64,000 nt of DNA from a virus. Numbering within the stretch: position 1 is the stretch's first letter; every line of letters starts with the position of its first letter. The notes beneath the pieces are model-generated. The model made no database searches. It saw nothing but the letters and a program-made list of their open reading frames with translations, and was not told where the DNA came from. The translations under genes and the position numbers were made by a program. Location: positions 2,242 through 66,241 of the IMG/VR virus record IMGVR_UViG_3300037471_000630, one strand, 5' to 3'. Positions 35,839 through 44,545 of the stretch are shown in pieces.

Positions 35839-37071
35839 ATGGCAAAGCCGCGGCGCACCAGCGCGGGCCGGTGGGAGATAGGGCTGCGGCATCCGTCGCT
35901 ACCTAGCGGGCGGAAGTACTTCACCTTCGACACGGAGGAGGAGGCCGCAGCGTACGCAGAGCAGTGGCGACTCATGAAGCAGGCCGGCGTCGAGCCTCCG
36001 CAGGAAATGCTGCGGCCGGCAACGACAACCGCCCACACCCTCGGCTTCATCGTGCGCGCGTGGGCCTCCAGCGGGCTTGCAGCGCCGTCTCAGAAATCGT
36101 CCCTGGACTCCCTGTTCGCGGAGGTCGGCCAGGTCAGGCTGGCCGAGGCCGACTACACCTGGCTGACCGGCTACGTCGAAACGCTCAAGGTCAAGAAGAA
36201 CCTGTCACCGAACTCGATCCGGCATCGCGTGCAGGGGCTGGGACGCGCGATCGACGAGTACCTGCGCCACAACCCGAAGGTGAAGGCGACCAACCCGGTC
36301 CACCTGCTGCCCAAGGGGTACAGCTCCTATTCCGAGAAGGACGCCAAGCTCGCCAAGGCGGCCGGCGGCGAGGCCAAGGCTGACGTGCAGCGCGACCGCC
36401 GCCTGCACCCTGGCGAGGAAGATCGCATCGTCTGGGCGCTGTCAGGGCACCAGCGCGAGGACCGCGAGCGCGCTCTGCTGCTCTTAGGCGGCAACGCTCT
36501 GTTGACGCTGTTCCTGGTGGTCGTCTACTCTGGCCTGCGGCTGCGCGAGGCCTACATGCTGCGCCGCGGCTGGATCGACATGGACGCCAAGGTCATGCGC
36601 GTACAGAGCACCAAGCAGTGGCGGGGCAAGGTGGCGTTCCGCAACGTGCCGATCCGGCCGGAGTTGCATGCGGCGCTGAAGACCTACCTGTCCAGCCGGG
36701 CGCTGCTGCCGGCGGCGTACCTGTTCCCATTCATGGAGGAAGAGGACGGCCTGACTCTCAAGCAGGTAACACAGCGGCTATCTGGCCGCTTCCGGATCGC
36801 CTTCGACTATGCGGGCATCACCGACCTGCGCGAGCACGATCTTCGACACGAGGCGACCTGCCGCTGGCTCGAGTTGCGCGATGCCTCCGGGAACTGGATG
36901 TTCCGCCTGGAGGAGATCAACCGCATCATGGGCTGGGCGCCCAACTCAACGATGGCACACCGGTATGCGTCCTTCCGAGGCGAGGACTTGGCGCAACGGC
37001 TTTGGGGCGAGCCTACGCCGCCGGCCGCACGAAAGGCAACGCGGGCGGCGCGGCGCGACGAGGCCGCTTGA
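35839..37071 (+). CDS. int: Tyrosine integrase
   Basis: SGLRLRE, HDLRHEATCR, MGW and RYA catalytic motifs; GGAGG RBS. Confidence 0.93.
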   Translation: MAKPRRTSAGRWEIGLRHPSLPSGRKYFTFDTEEEAAAYAEQWRLMKQAGVEPPQEMLRPATTTAHTLGFIVRAWASSGLAAPSQKSSLDSLFAEVGQVRLAEADYTWLTGYVETLKVKKNLSPNSIRHRVQGLGRAIDEYLRHNPKVKATNPVHLLPKGYSSYSEKDAKLAKAAGGEAKADVQRDRRLHPGEEDRIVWALSGHQREDRERALLLLGGNALLTLFLVVVYSGLRLREAYMLRRGWIDMDAKVMRVQSTKQWRGKVAFRNVPIRPELHAALKTYLSSRALLPAAYLFPFMEEEDGLTLKQVTQRLSGRFRIAFDYAGITDLREHDLRHEATCRWLELRDASGNWMFRLEEINRIMGWAPNSTMAHRYASFRGEDLAQRLWGEPTPPAARKATRAARRDEAA

Positions 37072-37306
37072 CGGGTGCTGCCGTGGTGGGCTGGTGCCGC
37101 TTGCTGCGGCGCTCCTCGGCCTCGGCGCGGGCGATCTCCGCTAGGAAGCCAGGGGCGTCAGCGCGCACGAATCGCCACGACCGACCCCACTTGAGGCCGG
37201 GAATGATGCCGGCGCGTGCCAGTTCCTCGACACGCTCTGTCGTGCAGTCGGCCTCGCCGGCCAGGTCCGCGGCTGTCATGAAGAGCGTGCGGTTCAGGTC
37301 GCTCAT
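37013..37306 (-). CDS. xis: Excisionase-like winged-HTH protein
   Basis: LAR.G.IPG.K.GRSWRF motif; convergent with int at the end of the early-left operon. Confidence 0.75.
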   Translation of the reverse strand: MSDLNRTLFMTAADLAGEADCTTERVEELARAGIIPGLKWGRSWRFVRADAPGFLAEIARAEAEERRSKRHQPTTAAPVKRPRRAAPPALPFVRPAA

Positions 37307-37374
37307 GTTCTTCCTCTAGATGGATAGCGCAAACGTGCAGACGTCTGCGGCCTTGATTCGATGGGGGGAGGGCA

Positions 37375-37971
37375 TCAGCTTTCCTCTCCTGCCCGACGGA
37401 AGCTGACAGCCCACACCCACGGGTTGGCGTCCCAGCTGCCGGGGCCGTTGATGGATTCCCACAGGGCCTGATACCAGCGGCGGCACTGCGACCAGTCCTG
37501 ATCAACGGACGGCAGATCGCAGCCCTCGGCGTTGGCATCGGATTCGCTGATGTCCTGCAGGAGCTCCACGCGGACATCGGTGATCTCCAGCGCGATCCGA
37601 CTGGCGGCGCGCGGCATGTGGATCGAAGGGCGCCATTTGTGGCAGGCATGCGTCCACAAGCCCGTCTTCAAGTCGGTCTTATAGAAGCCGCTCGTTCCGC
37701 CATGGTCGGCGCGGTACAGGTAGCCACCCTCCGTGCCGCTGTTCTGCGCCCACGCCTCGCGCACCCACAGCCGGTCTCCGGGGTGTCCGTAGGGACACAG
37801 CCCGTTCTCCGGCAGCGCGACGTATTCGGGGGTGAACATGCCCGGCGCCAGCCACTCCAGCGCCAGGCCCTTGACCGGGCGCCGCGTCTGCGACTTCGTG
37901 CCGGCCAAGATGGCGCGGACCATGGCCCCTTGGAACAGGATTGGCCGTTCTTTCGTCACTCGTGCGTCCAT
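37375..37971 (-). CDS. ASCH/PUA-like phage protein
   Basis: ERPILF...MVRAIL.G.K.QTRR, GDRLWVRE, W.PSIHMPR.ASRI and NPWVW motifs. Confidence 0.8.
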   Translation of the reverse strand: MDARVTKERPILFQGAMVRAILAGTKSQTRRPVKGLALEWLAPGMFTPEYVALPENGLCPYGHPGDRLWVREAWAQNSGTEGGYLYRADHGGTSGFYKTDLKTGLWTHACHKWRPSIHMPRAASRIALEITDVRVELLQDISESDANAEGCDLPSVDQDWSQCRRWYQALWESINGPGSWDANPWVWAVSFRRAGEES

Positions 37972-37972
37972 T

Positions 37973-38197
37973 TCAGAGATCCTTCCCAGCGCGACGAATG
38001 GAGGCGGCGCCCTCAACGTGGACTACCCACATCGTGCGGGTCTGGCTGTCCAGTTCATGCCAAGGAATGCCATCGGGGTACTTGGCGCGGTACTGGCGCA
38101 TGGCCTCATGCTCCATTTCGCGCACCTTGGTGGGCGTCCCGGCCGTCGTGGTCGGCTCGTCTCTCATATCAAACGCTTTGCGGGTGTCTGCGCTCAT
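37973..38197 (-). CDS. Hypothetical protein
   Basis: Part of the coupled early-left operon. Confidence 0.55.
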   Translation of the reverse strand: MSADTRKAFDMRDEPTTTAGTPTKVREMEHEAMRQYRAKYPDGIPWHELDSQTRTMWVVHVEGAASIRRAGKDL

Positions 38198-38397
38198 TTC
38201 CCTTGTTCTCCCAGAGCAGCTAGAGAGGTGCGGCGAAGCGGCAGCCATTGCGCCGGAATCGATCTGTGCGCTTCGCGAAAGAGCGCGAGGGTGCGCGTGC
38301 ACGTCTCCGCGCCATCAGCTTGGGTGACGCGGGCGCCGCGACCGCAGTCGCAATCGAACGGCGGATGGTGCAGGTCATCGAGGTTGTCAGCAGCCAT
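38194..38397 (-). CDS. Hypothetical protein
   Basis: Overlapping start/stop with neighbours. Confidence 0.5.
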   Translation of the reverse strand: MAADNLDDLHHPPFDCDCGRGARVTQADGAETCTRTLALFREAHRSIPAQWLPLRRTSLAALGEQGK

Positions 38398-38773
38398 GCC
38401 CGGCCCCCATCTTGCTCAGGTTGTACGCAGTGATGCGGTCGCGCACCGACTGGTCCCACTCCGTCCATAGCCCGCGCTGCATGAAGTCCTCGCGGCAGGT
38501 GTCCAGCAGTTGGCAGATTTCCGGGAGCAGGGCGTCCAGCGGGTGCGCTGCAAACGGCGCCGCCTGAGAGCGGGATGCGGCGATGGCCTCGCGCATCTGC
38601 TCAGCGGTGTACAGCGGTTCGGCGTGGTAGCCCTTGTCGCGCCAGTACGCGTCTCGCTCCTTGCGCGGCCCCCATGGAAATGCGTTGATGCAGCCGGTGG
38701 GATTGAGCAGCGACTTGTGCACTTCGCCATGCCACGACGAGAACTGCGGCTCCGGCAACTTGATTGCGCTCAT
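38387..38773 (-). CDS. Hypothetical protein
   Basis: IKLPEP and LYTAEQMR motifs typical of phage early proteins. Confidence 0.6.
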   Translation of the reverse strand: MSAIKLPEPQFSSWHGEVHKSLLNPTGCINAFPWGPRKERDAYWRDKGYHAEPLYTAEQMREAIAASRSQAAPFAAHPLDALLPEICQLLDTCREDFMQRGLWTEWDQSVRDRITAYNLSKMGAGHGC

Positions 38774-39042
38774 TGTTCAGATCCCTTGTCGCTGCGCTCA
38801 ATGGCGGCGTCGTGAAGGTTGCACGTTCCCATCTTCTTGATGGCAAAACCGCCGATCGCGCAGCGCATGTTCTTGTCCACGATGTACGGCGTGACCCACG
38901 CATGGCCGGCGTAGTCGGCATTTGCATCGACCTTCTCGCTGGTGAAGTGCTTGCAGTTGCCGCACACGCGCGGGATCGCCTTGGCGACGTAGCCCTGCGC
39001 CTCTTGCGCCAGAGCCTGCTTGCTTTTCCAGTTCGCGACCAT
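38770..39042 (-). CDS. Cys-rich hypothetical protein
   Basis: CGNCKHF...RC..GGF......C pattern. Confidence 0.65.
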   Translation of the reverse strand: MVANWKSKQALAQEAQGYVAKAIPRVCGNCKHFTSEKVDANADYAGHAWVTPYIVDKNMRCAIGGFAIKKMGTCNLHDAAIERSDKGSEQ

Positions 39043-39500
39043 TACTTCATCTCCTCGTTGTTGGTGGATAGCCCGCCCTGCACTTGGGAGCGCGGAGGGG
39101 GAGGCAACGGTTGCCAGTGGGTGGGCTCAGTCCACCAACAGTTCGGAACGTCATCCGACTCCACTGATGTTTCGTACCAGCCCTCAGGCGCCTCGGGGTC
39201 TTCCCAGCCCTCTGCAATAGCCGCCTCCGAGCACCACTCGCCGCGAACCGTGCGCCACTTACCGTGCGAGTTGAAGTGCCCCAGCAGCAAAGCGCGGCCA
39301 TCCTTGGGCGCCGTCTCAATCGGCTGCCACGCCATTGCTGGCTGGGTGGAGGACACCAGCTTGCCGATGGCTGCGAGAAGGGCGGCGCGAGCCTTGTCTG
39401 CGGGATGCCCGTTCATTGACCAGTCCACAACAGCATCGGCGTACTCGTCTGCCAGCCGCTCAATGTCCGTCATGGCGTCGTTGGGGGTGGGATGGGTCAT
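39042..39500 (-). CDS. DUF551-like protein
   Basis: WQPIETAPKDG...PTHWQPLP.PP. Confidence 0.8.
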   Translation of the reverse strand: MTHPTPNDAMTDIERLADEYADAVVDWSMNGHPADKARAALLAAIGKLVSSTQPAMAWQPIETAPKDGRALLLGHFNSHGKWRTVRGEWCSEAAIAEGWEDPEAPEGWYETSVESDDVPNCWWTEPTHWQPLPPPPRSQVQGGLSTNNEEMK

Positions 39501-40012
39501 GGCTGGGTTCCTCCTTGCTCTGCGCGTTTGATTTCCCAGAGCACGCGCGCCGCTTCGCCTGTGCGCCGTCGCTCGTCCTCGATGAACGTCTGCTGCGCCG
39601 GCTCGCGCAGATGCCGGTGCTTCACGCTGCTGTCGATCCAGTCGCGGCGCGGCGGCAGATCCTTGACACGAACCCACCCCACCGCACGCAGGCTGGCGCC
39701 GCCCTCGTCGGCTTGGGTGTAGGTGATGCAGCGCACGTAGCCCATCGCGCGGGCCGCGCGCCAGATCGCGCCGTAGAGCATGCTGTTTGCGTGCTCCGTG
39801 CCATCCGTGCAAGAGCGATTCACCTCCAGCGTGCGCCCGTCGTCTAGCGCGCGGGCAATGGGGCGGCCAGCTGTAGCCACGCCGACCAACTCGCCGAGCC
39901 TGCGCACGCCCAGAGCGAACTTGCACCCGTGCGGTGGCTTGTTGTGGCGATGGTGCCTCTGCACGAACTCTTGCGCCTCCCGTAGCGTGACCGGGACGAC
40001 CTCCAGGCTCAT
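39497..40012 (-). CDS. XF1762-family protein (Mom-like GNAT fold)
   Basis: HRH..P, VGVA..GRP.AR..DDG.TLEV.R.CTDG and ITYT...E.G.SL.A.GW motifs. Confidence 0.75.
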   Translation of the reverse strand: MSLEVVPVTLREAQEFVQRHHRHNKPPHGCKFALGVRRLGELVGVATAGRPIARALDDGRTLEVNRSCTDGTEHANSMLYGAIWRAARAMGYVRCITYTQADEGGASLRAVGWVRVKDLPPRRDWIDSSVKHRHLREPAQQTFIEDERRRTGEAARVLWEIKRAEQGGTQP

Positions 40013-40491
40013 TGCTTCTTCTCTCCTTCCTTCGCTGCTGGAGGCAGCGATATGCCATTGACCTCGCAGAACTTGCGCTCCACGGCGCCGACGTAGGCTT
40101 GCCACGCATCCCAAGTGAACGCCACGTTCTGCGTGCCGATGTATTCGCCGGGGGTGCGCGGGGTCGGGAGTGCCGCGTACAGCTCGTCGCTCGTCAACAG
40201 CCTCACTGCCTGCTGCGCGGGCTGCTGCGGTGCCGCTCGGAACGGGCAGTCAGGGCAGTTGCTCGGGTGAACCGCCCCGCAGTTGTTGTCGTAGTGGCGG
40301 CATTGCGTGGTGTGCCGACGCTCCGCGTGCAGGTCGGTCTGCTGCGCTGGCTGCTGTGCCTGTGTGGCTGCTTGCAGGAGTGAGGACACGACGGCTTCCA
40401 GTTCGGATCGCACGCGGTATCTGGCAGCGGTGCTCGCTTCCCAATACTTGTCAGCCGCTTCCATGATCTGCGTGATGCGCGGGTCAGCCAT
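40009..40491 (-). CDS. Hypothetical modular early protein
   Basis: QQPAQQ repeats flank a Cys-rich module. Confidence 0.6.
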   Translation of the reverse strand: MADPRITQIMEAADKYWEASTAARYRVRSELEAVVSSLLQAATQAQQPAQQTDLHAERRHTTQCRHYDNNCGAVHPSNCPDCPFRAAPQQPAQQAVRLLTSDELYAALPTPRTPGEYIGTQNVAFTWDAWQAYVGAVERKFCEVNGISLPPAAKEGEKKQ

Positions 40492-40810
40492 GGGAGGTCT
40501 CCTTAGCAAGCGACGCTGCCAGCAGCGACACGAAGTGATGCGCCGCGCGGCCAGAGGCAGTGATTGAGCCGCCCGGTGTAACCGGCTCTTGCGCCGCAAT
40601 GGCCGTCAGCGCGGCGAGCACGATTGCATCCCCGGTGATGCCCGAGGTGTTCAGGCGCAGCGGCTCGGCGAGTTCGAGTTGAACGACCTCTTTCGGCGAA
40701 TCCGCCTCCACGGCCAGGATTCCGGCCTTGGTGAAACGCTCCTTGTCCGTCGCGTTCAACTGGCCGCGCGGGAACACGACGACGAGCGGCGCGGTGGTGC
40801 TGTCAGCCAT
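40484..40810 (-). CDS. Hypothetical protein
   Basis: Coupled ORF with AGGAGG RBS. Confidence 0.6.
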   Translation of the reverse strand: MADSTTAPLVVVFPRGQLNATDKERFTKAGILAVEADSPKEVVQLELAEPLRLNTSGITGDAIVLAALTAIAAQEPVTPGGSITASGRAAHHFVSLLAASLAKETSHG

Positions 40811-41690
40811 GGTCCGCCTCCTTCCGCACTTCCACCGCCTGCGCTGCTGGCGCTGCTCGATCTGCGCTGGGGGCGGCGGCCCTCAAGTCGCGCAGGAACT
40901 TCAGCGCGCGGCCGGTTCCCCGGATTTGCAGCGCACCCGGCCCGTCGCGGCCTTCCTCGGAAAACTCCAGCGCGAACATCCGCACCTCATGCGACAGGCC
41001 AATGTCGCTGCCGCGATCACGCAGGCCCAACTTGGACATGGCCGCCCACGCGATGCGGACCAGCTTGTCAGCCTCGGCCAACAGAGCTGTTCCGGCGGGC
41101 ACCACGGGTGCGGGCGCTGCCTCGCTGCTGGGGAGGCCGCCCTTGCCCAAGCGGCAGATGCCTTTCGGACAATTGCAGGGCTGGCCGTTGTCGTAGGCGA
41201 TGGGAGCCACCCGGCAAATCTGCACGCGGTTCGGGTCAAGGGCGGGCGCTGCCTCGCTGCTGGTGGCTGGCTGTCCTACTGAGGGAGCGGCAGCGAGCAT
41301 GGCGCGGAAGTCGTCACGCGCACTCACGAGGCGAGGATGGCCTTCGGAGCCCTCGGCCCAGATGCACCCGGCCTCCAGTGCCACTGCCACGCGGCTGGCA
41401 AGCTCCAGCGGCACCAGCTTGTAGCCCTCTGCTGGCTGTCCTGCGGGAGCTGCGATGGGGGTGGCGCCCATGGCAGCGTCGATGGCGGCGCGCAAGGTGC
41501 CGCATCCAATCGTCTCGCGATCGAATGCGAACGGGTGAACGATGGCGGCGCCGTCGAGGTAGATGCCGTTGGCGTCCGAAAGGTGCGCCTCCAGCCAGTC
41601 CATGCGCTGCGCGTCCGTCGGCTCTCCGATGGGGGCATCAGCCCTGGCTGGGATGGCGCAGTTGATGTCCTTCATGGCTTCATCTTTCAT
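40803..41690 (-). CDS. Modular early protein; probably the 3' half of a gene interrupted by the TnpB element
   Basis: DAQRMDWLE...LRAAIDAAM and GYKLVP...AMLAAAP modules; in frame with 42758-43144 across the element. Confidence 0.65.
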   Translation of the reverse strand: MKDEAMKDINCAIPARADAPIGEPTDAQRMDWLEAHLSDANGIYLDGAAIVHPFAFDRETIGCGTLRAAIDAAMGATPIAAPAGQPAEGYKLVPLELASRVAVALEAGCIWAEGSEGHPRLVSARDDFRAMLAAAPSVGQPATSSEAAPALDPNRVQICRVAPIAYDNGQPCNCPKGICRLGKGGLPSSEAAPAPVVPAGTALLAEADKLVRIAWAAMSKLGLRDRGSDIGLSHEVRMFALEFSEEGRDGPGALQIRGTGRALKFLRDLRAAAPSADRAAPAAQAVEVRKEADHG

Positions 41691-42778
41691 GTTCTGTAGC
41701 TCTAGAATTCAAAGGTGATCCTGACGTACCGCTATCGCGTGAAGTCGCACCTTGGCGAACTCAACCGCCAGGCGCGAGCCGTCAACTACGTCTGGAACTT
41801 CTGCAACGACACGCAGAAGCACGCCCTCAAATGGGGAAAGAAGTGGCCGAGCGCCTACGACCTCCAGAAACTCGCCGCTGGCAGCAGCAAGGAACTGGGG
41901 GTTCCCTCTGCCACGATCGACAAGGTCTGTGCGCAGTACGACAAGCGGCGCAAACAGTTTCGCCGGCCGATGCTCAGATGGCGCAGCAGGCGATCTCTTG
42001 GCTGGATACCTGTCAGGGCAGAGTCGATCCGAGAAACCGCCAAGGGTGTTCACTTCAGTGGGCGGGAGTTTCGACTCTTCAAGAGTCGGGATCTGCCGGC
42101 TGGGGCGAAGATCAAAGACGGCAACTCGTTCTCGCAGGATGCGCGCGGTAACTGGTTCTTGAACCTCGCAGTTGAGGTGCCCGACGGCAAAGTGCGAGAG
42201 GTTCAAACTGGCGTCGGCGTCGACCTTGGACTCAAGGACTTCGCCACCCTGTCCACCGGAGAGAAGATCCAGGCGCCGCGCCACTTCCGGCAACTGGAAG
42301 ACGCTCTTGTCCGTGCCCAGCGCGCACGTAAGAAGCGCCAGGCCGCGAACATCCATGCCCGCGTCGTCAATGCGCGGCGCGATTTCCACCATAAGCTCTC
42401 GCTGCGCATCGTGCGGGAGTTCGACTACATCGCCGTGGGCAACGTGAACGCGGCCGGACTCGCCAAGACCAGCATGGCGAAGTCCGTCAATGATGCAGGC
42501 TGGACGTCCTTCCGAAACATGCTCCGCTACAAAGCGATAGCGCACGGGGCTACGGTTGAGGAAGTGAACGAAGCGTGGAGTACCCAGACCTGCAACGCAT
42601 GCGGCGTGATCGCCGGCCCGGTAGGGCGTGCGGGGCTGAATGAGCGCACTTGGACGTGTGGCTGCGGCGCGACCCATGACAGGGACGTGAACGCGGCTCG
42701 CAACATCCTGATGCGCGGCTCGGGACATCGAGCCCCTGTAGAGGGAATCGCGGCGCTTTAACGTCGCGGGCATGTCAA
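41691..42778 (+). mobile_element. IS200/IS605-family TnpB-only element (IS1341-like); left end uncertain (41667 or 41691)
   Basis: tnpB lies antisense to the operon. Right end GGAATCGCGGCG-CTTTAA-CGTCGCGG-GCATGTCAA has the typical hairpin plus TCAA terminus. No tnpA. Confidence 0.8.
41715..42761 (+). CDS. tnpB: TnpB RNA-guided endonuclease
   Basis: N-terminal HTH (YVWN), GVDLG RuvC-I, DAGW..F...L.YK, CNAC/CGC zinc finger, HDRDVNAARNI RuvC-III. Confidence 0.93.
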   Translation: MILTYRYRVKSHLGELNRQARAVNYVWNFCNDTQKHALKWGKKWPSAYDLQKLAAGSSKELGVPSATIDKVCAQYDKRRKQFRRPMLRWRSRRSLGWIPVRAESIRETAKGVHFSGREFRLFKSRDLPAGAKIKDGNSFSQDARGNWFLNLAVEVPDGKVREVQTGVGVDLGLKDFATLSTGEKIQAPRHFRQLEDALVRAQRARKKRQAANIHARVVNARRDFHHKLSLRIVREFDYIAVGNVNAAGLAKTSMAKSVNDAGWTSFRNMLRYKAIAHGATVEEVNEAWSTQTCNACGVIAGPVGRAGLNERTWTCGCGATHDRDVNAARNILMRGSGHRAPVEGIAAL

Positions 42779-42798
42779 CTCCTGCTGTACGGGGGATG
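42620..42798 (+). ncRNA. Predicted omegaRNA/reRNA overlapping the tnpB 3' end; guide starts at 42779 (5' boundary approximate)
   Basis: Hairpins GGCTCG-GGACAT-CGAGCC and the right-end stem, then TCAA. Established TnpB architecture places the guide in the flank. Confidence 0.6.
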
Positions 42799-43144
42799 CG
42801 GCACGCTCGCGCATCTTGGCCGCGATCACATCCGGCGCGTCCCGCAGGAAGTCGATGAACGGATGCGCGCGGTTGTCCTGCGCCTCGCCGTCGTCCATGT
42901 AGGCCAGAGGGCCGGCGTAGACGCTGCAGAGCAACCTGCGCAATGCGCGCTCATCGCTCACCATCTGTCCGGCCTGCTCCTGCGCTGGAGGGGCGGATAG
43001 GGCGACATCCAGAGAGGCGAGGGCGTTCCATGCTGCATCTTTTGCCTTGGCGCCAAGCTCATAGCTCAGCGCTTGCTCAATCGCTTCTCTTGCCTGTACC
43101 GCTGCCTGTCGCAGGTCGGGCGCGGGATGTTCGGGGGTGGTCAT
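42758..43144 (-). CDS. Early protein; probably the 5' half of the TnpB-interrupted gene
   Basis: YMDDGE.QD....P.IDFLRD module; the last 6 codons derive from the element's right end. Confidence 0.65.
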   Translation of the reverse strand: MTTPEHPAPDLRQAAVQAREAIEQALSYELGAKAKDAAWNALASLDVALSAPPAQEQAGQMVSDERALRRLLCSVYAGPLAYMDDGEAQDNRAHPFIDFLRDAPDVIAAKMRERAASPVQQELTCPRR

Positions 43145-43413
43145 GCTTCCCCCTGAGTGGCGCTGGTGATGGCGGCGCGGCCAGCGTCGGTGATGGTCCA
43201 GTCCCTGGAGCCATCGGGGTACTCGATCCGCTCCATCCAGCCGAAGCGCACGGCTGCGGCCAGCGTCGGCCCCGAAGCGCCCACCTGGACGGCGTGATGG
43301 AACGATACGAATTGCCGGCCGAGAGCCAGGCGGAGCAGCGCGATTTGCGCTTCGCTCAGCTTTGGCCCCTGCGAGTGCTTCGCGGGAAGTGCGTCTTTGC
43401 GATCAGGGGTCAT
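43141..43413 (-). CDS. Small winged-helix-like protein
   Basis: KLSEAQ..LL...W.ITDAGRAAI pattern. Confidence 0.55.
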   Translation of the reverse strand: MTPDRKDALPAKHSQGPKLSEAQIALLRLALGRQFVSFHHAVQVGASGPTLAAAVRFGWMERIEYPDGSRDWTITDAGRAAITSATQGEA

Positions 43414-44516
43414 TGCTGTTCTCCGATGGATGCGAGCTCTTCCTGAAACAGGATGAGCCCCGGCTGCCGCAGGCGCTCGTCCTGCAGCGGCTTGTAGGCG
43501 GGATTGAGTTCGCATCCGATCCAGTGCCGGCCGAGGTTCTGCGCCACCTCGCCTGTCGTCCCTGATCCAAAGAACGGATCCAGCACGACGCCACCAGCGG
43601 GGGCGCCGGCCAGGATGCAGGGCTCGATCAGCTCGGGCGGGAAGGTTGCGAAGTGCGCGCCGCTGTAGGGCCGCGTTGCCACCGTCCAGACGCTTCGCTT
43701 GTTGCGCTCGTCAAGGTCGTACGCCGATTCCTCGCGGTCGCATCGATGCGTCCCGACAGCCTGGCCGGGGATCACCTCGGCTCGCTTGCTGTCGTCTCGC
43801 TTGAAGCTGTCGCGCTTGCTGCGCGCGCCGACGTTGCCTGTTGCCGCCCGCTTTCCGCCCTCCGAGTTGTCGAAAGTGGCGTTGTTGACGTAAGCGCCGC
43901 CGCGAAACCCGTTGGCGTTGCCTTTGCCAGTCAGGTTAGCCGGCTCCTTGACTGCGCCCATGTCGCAGTAGTAGGTCGGCGACTTGGACAGCAGGAAGAT
44001 GTACTCATGCGCCTTGGTGCAGCGGTCCCGCACGCTCTCGGGCATCGGGTTCGGCTTGTTCCAGATGATGTCCTGGCGCAGATACCAGCCGCCCGCGCGG
44101 AGGGCGAAGGCCAGCATCCAGGGGATGCCAATCAGATCCTTCGGCTTGAGTCCGGACGCGCGAGACTCGCTCTGCCGATTGGCCCAGCGTTGGCCGCCCG
44201 CCTCGCAGTCTTCCTGGAGCCGCGGCTTGCCGGCGGCGTAGCTGTCCCCCATGTTCACCCAGCAGGTGCCGTCATCGCGCAGCACGCGGCGCACCTCGCG
44301 GAACACCTCGACCAGCTTGGCAATGAACTGCTCCGGCGTTTCCTCAAGCCCGATCTGGCCAGCGTGCCCGTAGTCGCGCAGGCCGAAGTACGGCGGACTG
44401 GTGACGCAGGTGTTCACGATGCCGTCCGGCATGCGGCGCAGCGTTTCCATGCAGTCGCCGAAATGCACGCGGTTGAGCCAGCCGTCCTCCATCTGCAGTT
44501 CTGGTTCTGTTTGCAT
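43410..44516 (-). CDS. Orphan N4-cytosine/N6-adenine DNA methyltransferase (beta class)
   Basis: TSPPY precedes HFATFP and VLDPFFGSGTT; no cognate restriction enzyme. Confidence 0.92.
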   Translation of the reverse strand: MQTEPELQMEDGWLNRVHFGDCMETLRRMPDGIVNTCVTSPPYFGLRDYGHAGQIGLEETPEQFIAKLVEVFREVRRVLRDDGTCWVNMGDSYAAGKPRLQEDCEAGGQRWANRQSESRASGLKPKDLIGIPWMLAFALRAGGWYLRQDIIWNKPNPMPESVRDRCTKAHEYIFLLSKSPTYYCDMGAVKEPANLTGKGNANGFRGGAYVNNATFDNSEGGKRAATGNVGARSKRDSFKRDDSKRAEVIPGQAVGTHRCDREESAYDLDERNKRSVWTVATRPYSGAHFATFPPELIEPCILAGAPAGGVVLDPFFGSGTTGEVAQNLGRHWIGCELNPAYKPLQDERLRQPGLILFQEELASIGEQQ

Positions 44517-44545
44517 CTGTGCTCCGTCTATAGGTGGGCGCAGAG

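Noticed and set aside
41715-42761. Cas12f/CRISPR system or nuclease-dead TldR
   Set aside because: No repeat-spacer array seen in the window. An IS-type right end is present, and both catalytic Asp plus an alternative Glu are retained.
41709-42773. 354-aa ORF antisense to tnpB, in the direction of the early operon; also considered an IStron/intron
   Set aside because: No recognisable motifs. There is no room for a group I intron core, and tnpB is antisense to the host gene, unlike IStrons.
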